64,000 nt of DNA from Felis catus (lineage: Eukaryota): positions 60,824,001 through 60,888,000 of the forward strand of contig NC_058382.1 of assembly GCF_018350175.1 (NCBI RefSeq), read 5' to 3'. The notes beneath the pieces are model-generated. The model saw nothing but the letters and a program-made list of their open reading frames with translations, searched no databases and had not been told where the DNA came from. Numbering within the stretch: the stretch's first letter is position 1; every line of letters starts with the position of its first letter. The position numbers were made by a program, and so were the translations under genes. Positions 48,901 to 61,260 of the stretch are shown one piece after another.

Positions 48901-51733
48901 AGGCCATGAGGCCGGGCTCAGCTGGCCTGGGCACAGTGAGTTTGGTCCAGAAAGAACAACAAGAAGAAAAGAGTCAAAAGGGGAGGTCGTTTTTCCTGTT
49001 TGCCCTTTTTTTCTCCTTGGGACTGGCAACAGCTTACAAGGGTAGAAGATGGGCTCTGGTGCACCAACTAACCTTCTCGAATCTTCTGGAACATTCTACC
49101 AGAGCCTGGGAACTTTGTAGACCCGGCCAAAGAAGAGCACCAACATGGGGAGAATAACCCGGGAAGTGGTTCGTGCTGGGTGAGGTCAGGTGGCAGCCAG
49201 GCCCTCCGAGCCGAGGGACATTCCACTTGCCTTTGTAGGGATGGCCCCTGAGACTGGGGTAAGGCTTCCCAGGAGACCCTGAGTGAAGGGTCCCCACCAG
49301 TGGGCTATTCCAGGCAGCCGTGGGGGCCCCCACCGGGCCTGGCCAGACGGAATGAGGCTGTTCGGGGGCCCAGAAAGATCAGGGAGTGTCCTGAGGATGA
49401 GAAACACTGAGGCCTGACCTTCCCCGAAGGACCGTGTTGCAGACGCTGGTTGTTAGGGGCTGTGTGATCCCCACCACGTCTGCGGGCATCACTGATGTTC
49501 TCCCACGTGGAAATGATCTTTCCTTGCATTGCGCTAGAAACTGGCCGGTGCCCCTCAGAAAGAACTTTTCTATATTTCAGATTTGCTCTGCTTTTAAAAA
49601 ACTTGAGTTCACACTAACAATTTTTTCAAATGCGCACACGAGGCTAGAGACCCTAACGCACGCGCACAGTAACCACTCAGCCCCACCGGACGGCCACATT
49701 TCAGACGTCAGCTCTTCTCGTCTTAAGGAATAAAACTGGGCAGCAGAGGGGAGCCCTGTGGTCCCACTGAAGGCAGCGTTTCTGTGTCCCGTGGATGCTT
49801 GTCACGCCCTCGGGGTGTCGGCCACGGTGACTTCGGGCAGAACGTGCCGCCTGCTTCCCGTGCATGGCCTGCGGTGTGGAGGTTGCCCACGAGGCTCTAG
49901 TTCACCGTGACCAGAGAGGGGCCCCTCAACCTGTCTGCCACTTAAGTTTTGCCTTAATCCCCAACTTTTCTTGCTGAAACTCCGTGCCTCTGCTCCTGTG
50001 GCTCCTGTGGCCCCAGATCACGGCTCCGTGCCTGCGCCTCTTCGTTCCAAACCCTAGACACCTCGGGAGGCAAAGCGGAAGCCCCAGGGAGGGCAGGGCC
50101 CAGGCTGGCAGGGTCGGCACCCCCGGGAACGTGCCAGAAATTCTCAGCCCCTTGGGACCTGCCGAGTCACACCCCTGGGGCCGGCTCTCTTCCCACCCAC
50201 TTCTGAGTCTTTTGGGGAACTCCGCCCCCAGAGGGGTGCAGTTGTGCTAGCCACCTACAAAGGAGAGGGCCCATGACCCAGGGCAGCCCGTAGGAGTCTC
50301 CCCTGAGACAGGTCTGCAGGTCCTCAGATGAGGCAGCGCGTTTTTTTCCCAGCCGGGTTGTGATGGGCTCACTTTGAAGCTGCAGCGGCCATTGTGCCAG
50401 GAATGGTGGAGAAGGGGACAGAAGCTGGAGCACCAGATCCAGACAACACCGCCGAGCCCCTGGGTACAGCCGTGCCTGAAACCCTCCTGCCTGTCAGTGT
50501 TACAGGCACTAGAAGTTCCCTGCCGTTAAGCTGGTTTGAATGATGTTCTGGACACGGCAACTAAGGCAGGCCTGATGGAGGTGGTGTCTATTCACCCTTT
50601 GTTTATTTCTGTGTCCTGGCCACTTCTAGAAGGTTCTGTGGCCTTCACTAGGCCTGCTTAAACTTGGTTCAACCTTGTCACATTTCCTGTCTGCTCTGGG
50701 CCACACGAGCTGAGGCCGGCAGGACCCTTCTGTCACCATCATGCCCTGATGCACCTGCAGAGGGAGGTGTCACCATGTGGCCCAAGACCCACGCAGGGAG
50801 TCATATGAGATCAGCACCAGGACTCGGCCATTATCACAGTCATCGCTGCCCACTGTGGGGGTGGGGGCTTCCCTGAGGCTGTGGGGACCTCCTGCTACAG
50901 AGGGAGTTCTGCATACCAGGCCCAGACACCCGACCCGGCTCTGTACCCCCAGGGGCCCCGGGGCAGCCCTCCGGGTCCCAGGAGGTGCTCCGCGTGGGGC
51001 TGAGGCCTAGAGTCCTTCTCAGAGAAAACTGGAAGATCAGGGAGGGGTGGGGGAGGGGAGGCCCCTGGGTGGGGGACAAATGCCGGCTCACTCACCTCCT
51101 TTCCCACATCATCACAGATTGTGACCCATCTGTCAGGCACCCAGAAGCTGACTCCACCCCCATGTCTAGGGACCCTCTCCCGCCCCCTATCTGGCTTCTC
51201 CAAGCTCACCCAGTCCCCTTCCTGGGGAAGGGGCCTTGGGATCTGTGGCAGGGAATCTGGGGGTCCTGGGGTAGGAAGGCTGCAGGTGACTCAATAAACC
51301 CCAATCCCCTGGGGTCTCCAGAGGCTCACAAGAGTGTGCTGGGGGTGGGGTGTGACCAGGAGTCTTCCAAGAGAGGGTCTCGGACCTCATCTGCTGTCAC
51401 ACTGCCCCCTCTCACTCTGGTCTATTTGCTGTTCCATGCGTAGCCCAGGCTCAGTGCCCCAGGGCCTTAGCACGAGTGCCAACTCCCCCGAGAAGGTTCC
51501 TCCCCCACCTACCCGCAGCTCATCCCCTTCCTTCCCACTCTTCACCTTTCCAGACCACCTTGTTGGAAAGGCTCCCTGCCTTCCACCCTACGACCCCTCC
51601 CCCTCTCCTGGCTTGGTTTTCCTCAAATAGCAGGTGTCACTTTCTGATATGATAAACAATTTACTATTAATCAGCTTCTTGGGGCCTAATTTTTGGGTTT
51701 TTTTGAATTTTTTTTAAAATTTGTTTTATTTTT

Positions 51734-51948
51734 GGGGTGCCTGGATGGCTCAGTCAGTTAAGCGTCCGACTTCGGCTCAGGTCATGATCTCGCGGTTTGT
51801 GAGTTCGAGCCCCGCGTCGGGCTCTGTGCTGACAGCTTGGAGCCTGAAGCCTGTTTCAGATTCTGTGTCTCCCTCTCTCTCTCTCCCCCTCCCCTGCTTG
51901 CCCTCTGTCTCTCTCTCTCCCTCTCTCAAAAATAAATATTAAAAAAAA
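51734..51948 (+). mobile_element. CAN-SINE (SINEC_Fc type)
   Basis: GGGGTGCCTGGATGGCTCAGTCAGTTAAGCGTCCGACTTCGG head, A tail, TSD ~AAAATT(T)GTTTTA. Confidence 0.95.
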
Positions 51949-51969
51949 TTGTTTTAAAGTAAAATAAAA

Positions 51970-51984
51970 TTTATTTTATTTTTT

Positions 51985-52036
<52 letters not shown>

Positions 52037-52154
52037 CCCAAGCAGGCCCCGTGCTCAGTGCAGAGCCTGATGTGGGGCTCAATCCCACAACCCTGGGATT
52101 GTGACCTGAGCTGAAATCAAGAGTCAGACGCTCCACTGACTGAGCCGCCCAGGT
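51970..52154 (-). mobile_element. CAN-SINE (SINEC_Fc2 type), tail-to-tail with the previous SINE
   Basis: T tail, long (GA)n, GAATCCCAAGCAGGC...GACTGAGCCGCCCAGG. Confidence 0.92.
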
Positions 52155-52665
52155 TTAGACTCACAACAGATCTGAGAGGAAGGTACAGAGACTTCCCACG
52201 GGCCCTCTGCGACCCCACCAGCCTCCCCCTCATCCCCACCCCCCACAGAGCAATGCCTTAGCTAAGCTGGCGGGCCCGCAGGGACACACTGTCATCAGCC
52301 AGATCCACAGGTCACCTTAGGGCCACGTTGGTGCGGGACATTCTGTGGGTCTGGACACATGTGCAGAGATGAGACGCCATCATTATAATACCAGACGGGG
52401 TATTTTCGATGCCCTAAAAGTCCCCTGGGCCCCACCTACTCATCCCCCCACCGGCCCTGGCAACCTCCGATCCTCTAACCGGCTCCACGGAGTTCCTTCT
52501 CCAGATGCCACGTGGGTGGGCTCACACAGCACGAGGCCTTCCGGATTCGCTCCTGTCGCTTAATGTGCGATTAAGATTCCTCGGTGCCTTTCCGTGGCTT
52601 CCGCCGCGTTCTTTTTTGGGCCGAATAACATTCCCTCGTGCGGAAGGGCCACGGTGTATTTAGCC
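52155..52665 (-). mobile_element. L1MC-like 3'UTR
   Basis: TTTAGACTCACAACAGATCTGAGAGGAAGGTACAGAGACTTCCCA... antisense to the L1MC-type 3' end also seen at 15.2-15.7 kb. Confidence 0.75.
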
Positions 52666-52734
52666 CCGGGTTTTGGTGGCCGTCACCAAAGCTGCTGGAG
52701 GCGCCACGTGTAGGGCTGTGCGTCTGAATCTCTG

Positions 52735-53065
52735 CTCCGTGTGTCCAAACCTCCCCTTCTTGCAAGAAGAGCGGCCAGGATGGAGGAGGGGCTCCCTCAC
52801 AGCTCCACTTAAAGGTAATCACCTCTTTGGAGACCCTGCCTTCAAATACGCTCACATTCTGAGACACACGGGCTCAGGGCTTCGACATCGGCGTTTTGTG
52901 GGGACACGTGTCAGCCCATGGCACGCTTCCCTTGAAGCTTTAGACAGCGCGTGGCCGTGCCGACACCTTGGTCGTGGACTTCTGGCCTCCAGGACCCCAG
53001 AACGGGATGAATTTCCGCGGCCCAAAGCCCCCAGCTTGCGCCCCGAGGGCTGTCGGCACAGCGAA
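52735..53065. mobile_element. MaLR LTR (MLT1-like) fragments in both orientations
   Basis: Minus: TAATCACCTCTTTGGAGACCCTGCCTTCAAATACGCTCACATTCTGAG. Plus: GGCCGTGCCGACACCTTGGTCGTGGACTTCTGGCCTCCAG. Confidence 0.65.
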
Positions 53066-54709
53066 GGCGTGGCTGTTGTTACTCATCGCCCCATTTTACG
53101 GGGATCTGGGTGACCCCCCCACGCCATGCCAGCGGCTGCTGGGGCTCCCGACCCTCCAGCACCCTCCTTCCACACACACGGTTGCTCCGACTGGGACGAG
53201 GGTGTCCTCTGTGCTGGGGAACCGGGCGGGCGAAGCCAAGTCCCACCCGCAGGTCTGACACAACACAGTGAGGCTGCTGGGAAGGAAAAGAGCCCCGAAG
53301 AAGGTTGGCAGTGAGGTGGGAGAGGGCTTCTCACCGGAGGGAACGTGACGGGGTTGGGGGAGGTGCTACCGTGTCTCTCCTGTGGGACAGGCTCTGGGCA
53401 GAGCCGGCAGCACGTGCAAAGGCCCCGGGCCAGGAGCGCCCTGCAGGTCTGGCTCTGGCCTCATCCTGGTTCAGAACCCTGAGACCCGCCCCCAGGGCTC
53501 CTTTGTTGGGCGGTCTTGCAAATTGCCCTAGAAGCTCCCCTAGAAGGCAAATGTCCCCAGCCAGGCATAGCTGCCTCCCAGGTGGTGAGGACAGGCTCCC
53601 AGGCTGGCTGGAGGCAAAGATATGGCACATCGGGACATATTTGGATGTAAATATTTTCAGCCACGAGAGGAGCCGGGAGGTGAGGTGCTGTTCCCACACG
53701 GCTCCTGGAAGCTGGGAATCTGGGCCATATGGCTCCCCTTCCAGCTGCCTCTCCTGGCGAGGCGAGGAGGGAGGCTCGGGCGGGACAGACTGCTTCCCCA
53801 CCTGCCGGGGCCTAGCTGCCCCTGGGGGTGTCTGGCTGGGCCTGACCTCACCTCCCAGGCCTCGCTTTCCCATCTGCCAGGCGGGGCGGGACGGAGCCTG
53901 CGGCCCTGGTCCTGGGATGAGATGGGGCTCAGGCACGCGCCTGGGGCCGGGGGGGGGGGTGGGGGGGCCGAGGCATCAGCACCGTTTCTCTCCCTTGGCT
54001 CCCACCCAGGCCGGGGGAGGGACCAGATGCTCTGCGGCAGGATTGTCTGCTCGGGGCAGAAGGGATCAGAGGCCACACAGAGGACCTCAGAATCCCTGCC
54101 TCCTCCCCCCACCAGACTGAGCCCCCTGGCAGCAGACCTTCAGAGACGCCCGGGAGTCCCGGGAGATAGGAGCAGGTCAATGCTCAGACTGGACTGGAGG
54201 AATGCTTCCACCCAAGAACCTTCACTGGCTCCCCATCTCCCAGGGAAGCAAGGCTAATGGAGCTCAGCGCTCCAGGCCCAGAGCAGCCTTTCCTCTGAGC
54301 TCATCTCCACACTGGCCTCTGGGCAGTTCTTAGGAAATCCCTTCCCCCAGGGCGTCCACCACTCACTCCCCCAGGAGAGCGTCCTCTCCCGAAGTCTGGA
54401 GTCGTGGGTGACCTAGCTGACCAAGCCTCAGAGATGGCCTGGGGCGTGGGGCCAGACTGGAGCACCCTGGAGGGGCTGCAGGGAGGGCCGTCTCCAATTT
54501 CAAATGGGAAACGGGAACCCGGGTGGGGAGGTTCCGCGGCCACCCCGGTCACGTGGCCAGGAGCGGCAGAGCTGTCCTGACCCTGTCTGCGAGCTCTTCT
54601 CTGCGGGTGGCTCCCAACAGGGCTGGCAGTGGCCCACGTCAGGCCCGGGAGTTCACAGGCACGAAGCTGTGTATTTCCGTGGAATGCTGCAGGTGCACGA
54701 AGCTGTGTA

Positions 54710-55050
54710 TTTCCGTGCAGCTGCAGGTAACAGAGAACCCAGCCAGCAGGGGCTTACCTAACACAGGTACCGGATTACCCGGCGCCTAGGGGAGGGTGGC
54801 GTCATCAGGTACCTCGGCTCCTTCCGTCCTCGTTCTGTCTTCCACTGTGCGTGGGTGTGTTGTCTTCTGGTGTATTGCCTCATGGCTCCAAGATCACTGC
54901 TGTAGCTCCGACTATCACAGCCTCTGGCCATCGCTTTCAAGGAAGGAAGAAAAGGAGCCAGGGAGGACAAGCTTTCCCAGAACCTCCAGGCAGGTCTCCT
55001 CTAAGCTCATTGGCTGAAGGGTCACATGGCTGTGCCTGGTGACAAGGGAA
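54710..55050 (-). mobile_element. MaLR LTR (MLT1J/K-like)
   Basis: GCTGCAGGTAACAGAGAACCCAGC ... CCTCATGGCTCCAAGATCACTGCTGTAGCTCC ... CTCATTGGCTGAAGGGTCACATGG. Confidence 0.6.
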
Positions 55051-55784
55051 CATCCCTGGTGGTCCTCGCCTTTGGGAGGGCATGAGCTTGCCGTGGGAGC
55101 CTGGGAGGGTGGGGACAGGGGTAAGGGCTTGGGGAAGACAGGAGGGGTAGGACCCAGAAGGAGAGGTGGAGCCTGAGGCTGACGCAGAGGTGGGTTAGGA
55201 GGGGAGGATACAGGCCTGGACCCGGCTGGCGCTGGGCCCCCCAGGGTGATAGGCGGCTGTGGGTCTGTCCAGGGGGTGACACCAGGCTCCAAGCCTTGTG
55301 GCGGTGCCCTGGGCCTCAGGGTTGGCCCTTCGTGTGGACCCTGTAATGGAGGCGATGGGCGCAGGGGCCGGTCCCGGCCAGGCGCTCGGGACAGTTCTGG
55401 GGCTCCGTGGGGAACTGACGTGGCAGTTCCCTCCGCCCGACCAGACGGGCCGCTGCTGGGTAGGGGTGTGTGCTGCTTGCTGGCCCGGTGTCCCCTCTCG
55501 TGCTCACCACCGCACTGTCCTAAGACGGCAGGACCCTCAGCGATGTCCTCCTCCTGCGGGCGGCCAGCAGGCTCGTGGAGATTCGTGTAACTTCCTGTCT
55601 GTCGCCTAGCATGTGCTGAGACCCCAGAAGAGGTCAGCTTTTATGGTTTGCACTGAAAAATCCTTTTAAAGCGAAGCATCTTGAGTTCTTTGGCTCTTTG
55701 TTCATGCTCCAAATATTGATATTATGTTTACGGAGAGCCCGCGCCTGTCCCTTCCTGGCCACACCCCCCAGCACCTGCAGCTGT

Positions 55785-55860
55785 ACCTGAAACAACAGCA
55801 GGTGCTCGATGGTTATTTGTTGAATGAATGAATGAATGAATGAATGAACGAAGGAATGAA
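55785..55860 (+). mobile_element. LINE-2 3' end with (TGAA)n tail
   Basis: ACAGCAGGTGCTCGATGGTTATTTGTTGAATGAATGAATGAA. Confidence 0.75.
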
Positions 55861-55926
55861 TATGTGAACTACGGGCTCCTCTGTACTGGGCCCGGGAGGC
55901 TGGACGTGGCCGGCTAGGCCTCTGCA

Positions 55927-55929
<3 letters not shown>

Positions 55930-55976
<47 letters not shown>
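55930..55976 (+). repeat. (TG)n microsatellite, ~23 units
   Basis: Read directly. Confidence 0.97.
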
Positions 55977-55977
<1 letters not shown>

Positions 55978-57374
55978 CTGGAGCGCCTCAGGTAGGAGCC
56001 TGCTCCCCGCTGCCACCCCATGACTGAGTCCTCCTGCGCAGCCACCATCGTGGGGGCCCCACAAGACGGGCTGGCTGAGGCCGGAGAATCTCATGTTCCA
56101 CAGCCACAAGGGACGCCCACGAAATGCGGCAGGTCTCCGGGGATCCACAGGCCAGGCTGGTAAAGCAGTGGCTACACACCCAAGCCGCTGTGCCCACAGC
56201 CCCAGCTGCACACCCGGGATTCGGGACAGCCTCCCTGACTGCCCCGGGCCTCAGTTTCCCCAGCATCAGCTGGGCTGACAAGGCGTTTTGACGGGAAGCA
56301 GGCTGTTCTCTGCGCAGCCCTGAGTGCAGGGAGACCCCTGGCCGGGACTGCTGCCAACCAGCTGGAGGGCCTTGGCCACAGGACACCTTCGTGGCCGGGC
56401 GCCCCGGGCACCTCGGTCATGTTGCCACCCAGCTCCCACCTCGAACAGTTGCTGGGCGGGGCGGGGGGAGCTGTCTGCAGGATCCTGGTTGGAGCTGTGA
56501 AGTCCAGGCCACATCCGGCAGTGTTATCATGGTTCCTGGGAACTTCCCCCGGCCAGCCGAGAAGGTGGCCCCAGAGATACCGGGCACGGGGTGGGTGCTT
56601 TCCTGCCTGTGACACGATTAAGTAACAACAGCAGTTACTGGTGGGAAAGTCACCGCGACACTGGCCATCTGGATCGGCCCAGGCTCTGCTCTGCCTCTGT
56701 CCAAATTATCTCTGCTGGGCAGCCCGTTATCACCTCCAGGACAGGCCGGAGGATTACAGTGTCCGGTGCTTTGCAAGAAGCTTCCATCGAAATCTGCGGG
56801 CAAACCTGAGGGTCTTAGCCCAGGGGCACCTGGAGGGTCTCCCGCCCAAGCAAGTCCCCATCCCCTGCCCTCTGCAACTCTGCTCCCCCGGTGACAGTCT
56901 CCTACCCCACCCTGCCTGCCGCAGGATGCTGCCTTGCTCACACCTGTGCTCCGTATGGGTTCACGTCAGCCTGGAGTCTAACTGAATCCAAAAATATTAA
57001 ACCGGGCCCATCTGTTGGCCAACTGATGAACACAGATGTGCTCTGGATTTCAGAGGCAACTGGCAGCCAGTCAAAGCTGTTAGAAGCAGCACCTGCTGCC
57101 CGTTTCCCCCCTTCTGCGCGCCCCCACCGGCCCCAGGAGCCTAGCAGCCCAAACAACCCTTCCTCCGGAAGGGGCTGGCTCCTCCCCACGCCCACCGGGG
57201 AGCATCCTGGGGCCAGACGTAGAAAGAGCCTCACCCACCAGCTGCGAGGTGGGGACCCGCAGGGCCAGCCGGGCCCTTTGCCCTGAGACCCCACTGTGGG
57301 CACAGGAGCAGAATTTCAGCAGCGACAGGGCCAAGCTCTTCCCTGAATAGAGATGGACAGCAGCTGGGATGGTC

Positions 57375-57480
57375 GTGGTCACCTCAGGGCCTTTGCACCT
57401 GCAGTTCCCTCTGCCTGGAACACTCACCCCAGGGGCCACGTGGTCTGCTCCCCACCTCCTTCAGATCTTTGCTCAGACAA
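57375..57480 (+). mobile_element. LINE-2 fragment
   Basis: CCTCAGGGCCTTTGCACCTGCAGTTCCCTCTGCCTGGAACACTC is a hallmark L2 motif. Confidence 0.7.
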
Positions 57481-60279
57481 GGTTGGGACTGAACAAATAT
57501 TACCCTTTTAATCTCGCTTTGGGACTCACATTGAGACCTGTCCACTGTATGTCATGGACACCTCTACTGGTCTTATTTCAAGCGGGGAAGAGAAAAGAAA
57601 AAGGCAGACAGATGTTCCCTCCGTCCTCACTCTGCCCCCCCACCCCCAACGAGGAAAGCGAGACCGGCCAGCAGTGATTCAGGCGTCTGATGACCAGGCT
57701 GGAGCAGGAGGCGGTGGTGGGGGTGGAGAGAGGGGTTGAATCAGTCGCTGGAGGAAGAGACCACAGGGCTGCCGGGCAGGTGTGAACACAGGGGCCCTGG
57801 GGGCCACAGCTCTGCCTCCTGCCTCCTGTCCTTACGGCCCTGTGGCTCCAGGGACAGCCAGATGGGCACCTGCCCTGGGCCCACAGGGAGAGCAGCTGTC
57901 CCGTCCACCAAAGGTAGGGGGCTGGTGTCCAGGCAGGGGGAGAACCCAGAGGGGCCTTGTCCTCTCTCGTCGGCTCCTGCCCTGGGTTTTCACCGGGTGT
58001 GGACGTGCCGGGGCCCTTGGCAGTGGCCGTGGGGGCTGTGGCAGGTTGGGGGCCGTCTCCTTTTGGGCTGAGGTGTGGGACCAGGGCCCCTGGACTGCGT
58101 CCTCCCGCGCGGTCAGTGCTCTTGCGACCCCACGGAGCGGCCGGGAGCCAGGTCCCTCGGGGTCACCAGCCCCTCAGAAGACTCACGGACAGGAATCGGA
58201 TGAACACGTGGGCTGGTGTTCCTACCGAGAGGCGCCCAGATCCGCGGCTTTCAAGCCTCGTTGGGTGCAGTCTATAGTGAGGAACACACGGTACACCCAG
58301 CCGGAGGTTTGCAGGCTCACGTGCGTTCTAGAAATGCTGCACACGTTACTTGCACGTACGCGTGCACATCTGCACACGCGCACCGTGTGAGTGCCTCGCC
58401 GCGACAGGACAGCTGCTTCTCAGCGTTTCCCGCCTTCTTCGTGGTGAAGCAAGTGCACGCCCCTGCAGCTGCGCCCCAGGCCCCCCGTCCGCTCTGCGAG
58501 CCCCCGACTGTATACAGACAGTACATCTGTAACGACACTGTTTCCAAAGAAGGTCGCGTTCACGGATACCGGAGGTCATGGCCTCAACATGGCTCAGTTC
58601 AACCCGTGACAGTTAAGTATCCTGAATTTCACGCCCACATCGGCCTGGAGTGGGAGCGTTTTCCCCTGTTTCCCAGACAGACAGGGAGGTGTGGGGCCAG
58701 GGGAGGGCCTGACCTGGGGCTGGGGGTGGGGGGGCGGATGGGGCTGCACGCGCGGGCTGGGCCCCTGGCGGGGGAGAGCCCTCCGCAGCCCTGGAGCTCC
58801 TGGCCGCCTGCCTCACAGCCTGTGGCATTAGTCGCACTCACGTGGCTTGGACAGATCCTCGAGGAGCCGGTCACACTCCGTTGGGCCAATAATATGGGTT
58901 TTGAGAATGAGTCAAAAGCAGCATTGACTGAACATACCCATCGGTGCTCCTAATAGGTCACTAATCCGGGCTGCCAGGCGCACACAATCCCCTACAGCAG
59001 CCCCCACCCGAACCCCGGGCCCCCAGCCATTCCCCGAGGGTCCCAGCTCCAGCCGAGGAGGTGCAGGAGGGTGGAAGGTGTGAATGTCCTGCTAGAGCTT
59101 GGGAGGGGCTGCTCCCCAACAGGTGTGAACCCGCCTGGGGCCGCGTGCGGGTGGGCGTCCTCTCCCTTACCTAGGCCCCCCTCCGCCTGCCGGGGCACAC
59201 ACGGGGCACATGATGAGGCACACGCCGCGCCCAGGACCTGACAAGGTGTCAGCTAGTCTGTCCTCGTCCAGTCTCAGGCCATCCGGGGAAGGCCCACAGC
59301 GGTTGGGCCAGAGCTGGGTGGGCGGTGGTGGGGGGGGGGTCAGGTCCCCAAGAAACACCTCCAGGGCTTGTGTACCACCCTGAGGGCAGCCCCTCTGTGG
59401 GCAGCTCCCCTCAGTGGTCTACATCTCTGTCTCCCTGTGTCTCTGTCCTGTCCCAACTGTGCTGAAGTCACCTCTGTGGCTGTGCGATTCTCCCTCATTC
59501 TTGGGCCCCCCCTCCTTCGCGGGCTGTCTCCCACGCTGGGGATTAGAGGGAAAAGCCCGGGCATCCGCGTCTGCAGGAACACGGGCGGCACTGAGGCTGC
59601 TGTGCCCACTTTGCAGATGAGGAGAACGAGGTCCCGACCGTGAAGGCTGCTGCCGGAGGCCCACACGGTCGGTGGCAGAGCTCTTAGTCTCTCGTGCTTC
59701 GCCCCGCACGCTGGTCGTTGGTGCAGACGGGCTGAGCGCGCGGGTCCTGCAGGCAGGGCTTGGGGAGCACAGGCCACCTACCCCTCGAGTTGCTGAATCC
59801 CCTTGCTCCTTCCAGGAATTTGCCCTAAGAAACCTTTTCCGGAATTGTGACTGGTCCTGTTTTCTGGGGAAAGTTTTAAGAGAACACGCGGAAAGCTAAC
59901 GCGGCCCACCGCTGCTAAGGGTCCCGGGCCTGCGGCTCATACCTCCCGCTCTAGACTCTCACCCCGACACGGTTCTGCTGCCCAGACCCCCGCTCCTCAC
60001 GGAAGGAGCCCCGGGCTGCCCGGCTTTTCGTGGGCCTGGCTGCTGTACCGTCTCCATGAAAACCAGGCCCCGGAGCGGCACGAGGGGCCTGGCGACCCGC
60101 TGGGGCACAGGTGCACTTCTGGGCGCCCCATCCCCGGACGCTCAGATCCGACGCCCGCCAGAAGTTCTGGGGCTGCTGTTGAGCCGGCACGTCTGGCTTC
60201 CGCGTTCCAAAAGGCAAGAAAACACACAGCCTGGGGATACCACACAGGCATCAGAGCAGACACAAACACAGACACCGCG

Positions 60280-61260
60280 TGATCACCGGAATTTGACTAA
60301 CTAGGACTGATATGTCCAGGGATGGGGGCGGGGGGAGTGGACAACACGAAAGAACAGGTGAATGGCGAAGGCAGGGAGATCCAGACTCGGAAGGAGCTGC
60401 TAGAGGTCGGGACTGGGACGGAACCGGGCAGCGCCGTCGTGGGCTCCTGCCCGGACTCCGCAGGGTGGAGGGGGTCAGCGAGCTGGAGGGAGGCCAACGG
60501 ACGGGTCCTGAGTCCACAAGGGAACAGAGAGCGTCCAGGAGCCACACAGCAGAGGCAGAAGGACACACGCACGCAGGCCTCAGACGCAGGAAGGAAAAGC
60601 CAGAGAACCGGGAAGAAACTTGGGACGGAGTTATGGCCAAGGACTTCGCCAAATTAATGGCAGAGAGCAAACCACAGCCCCTAGAAGCTCGGAGAAGACC
60701 AAGCAGGACAAGGACAAGGATCCCCCACGAACCCCCCCCCCCCACGTGCACACGTCTTACATCCAAAGTGCAGAAAACAAGAGAGAGCCAGCGTCCTGCG
60801 AGGGGCCGGAGGGGTGTCACCCGCAGAGGAACGGGGTGAGCGCCACACGGGGTCCCTGTCAGGAGCCGTGTGGCAAGGAAACAGTGAGAATTGAACACCA
60901 CCAACCCGGACGTCATTGCAATTACCTTCAAGCTGGGGAAACGGGTCTTCAAACCACAACGGAGGGCATGCATCCCCAGCAGACGTGCCTCGCAAGGAAC
61001 TTCAGGAGGGGCGCCCGGGGGCTCAGTCCGCTGAGCATCCGACTCTTGGTTTGGGCTCAGGTCATGATCTCACGGTCGTGGGATCGAGCCCCAGGTCAGG
61101 CTCTGCACTGACGGTGCAGAGCCTGCTTGGGACTCTTCTCTGCCTCTCTCCAAGTAAGTAAATAAAGGTTAAAAAAAAGAGATTTTCAGGCAGGAGTAGA
61201 TTTATGTAGGTCAGCAACTTGGCTTTACAGAAATAAAAGTGCATCCAAGAAGACACAAAT
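60280..61260 (+). mobile_element. Old LINE-1 ORF1 remnant, interrupted by a SINE
   Basis: ORF 60312..60839 contains VMAKDFAKLMAESKPQPLEARRRPSR, matching L1 ORF1p (IMAENFPKLM..KPQIQEAQRTPSR). Confidence 0.75.
61008..61178 (+). mobile_element. CAN-SINE (SINEC_Fc2 type)
   Basis: GGGGCGCCCGGGGGCTCAGTCCGCTGAGCATCCGACTCTTG head and A-rich tail. Confidence 0.9.

Noticed and set aside
50811..50830. REST/RE1-like TCAGCACCAGGACTC
   Set aside because: Wrong half-site spacing and a mismatched right half.
54659..54717. 23-bp direct duplication with 36-bp period (similar micro-duplications at 6834-6869, ~11450-11485, ~14172-14208, ~22387-22447)
   Set aside because: Ordinary slippage duplications with no sign of function.
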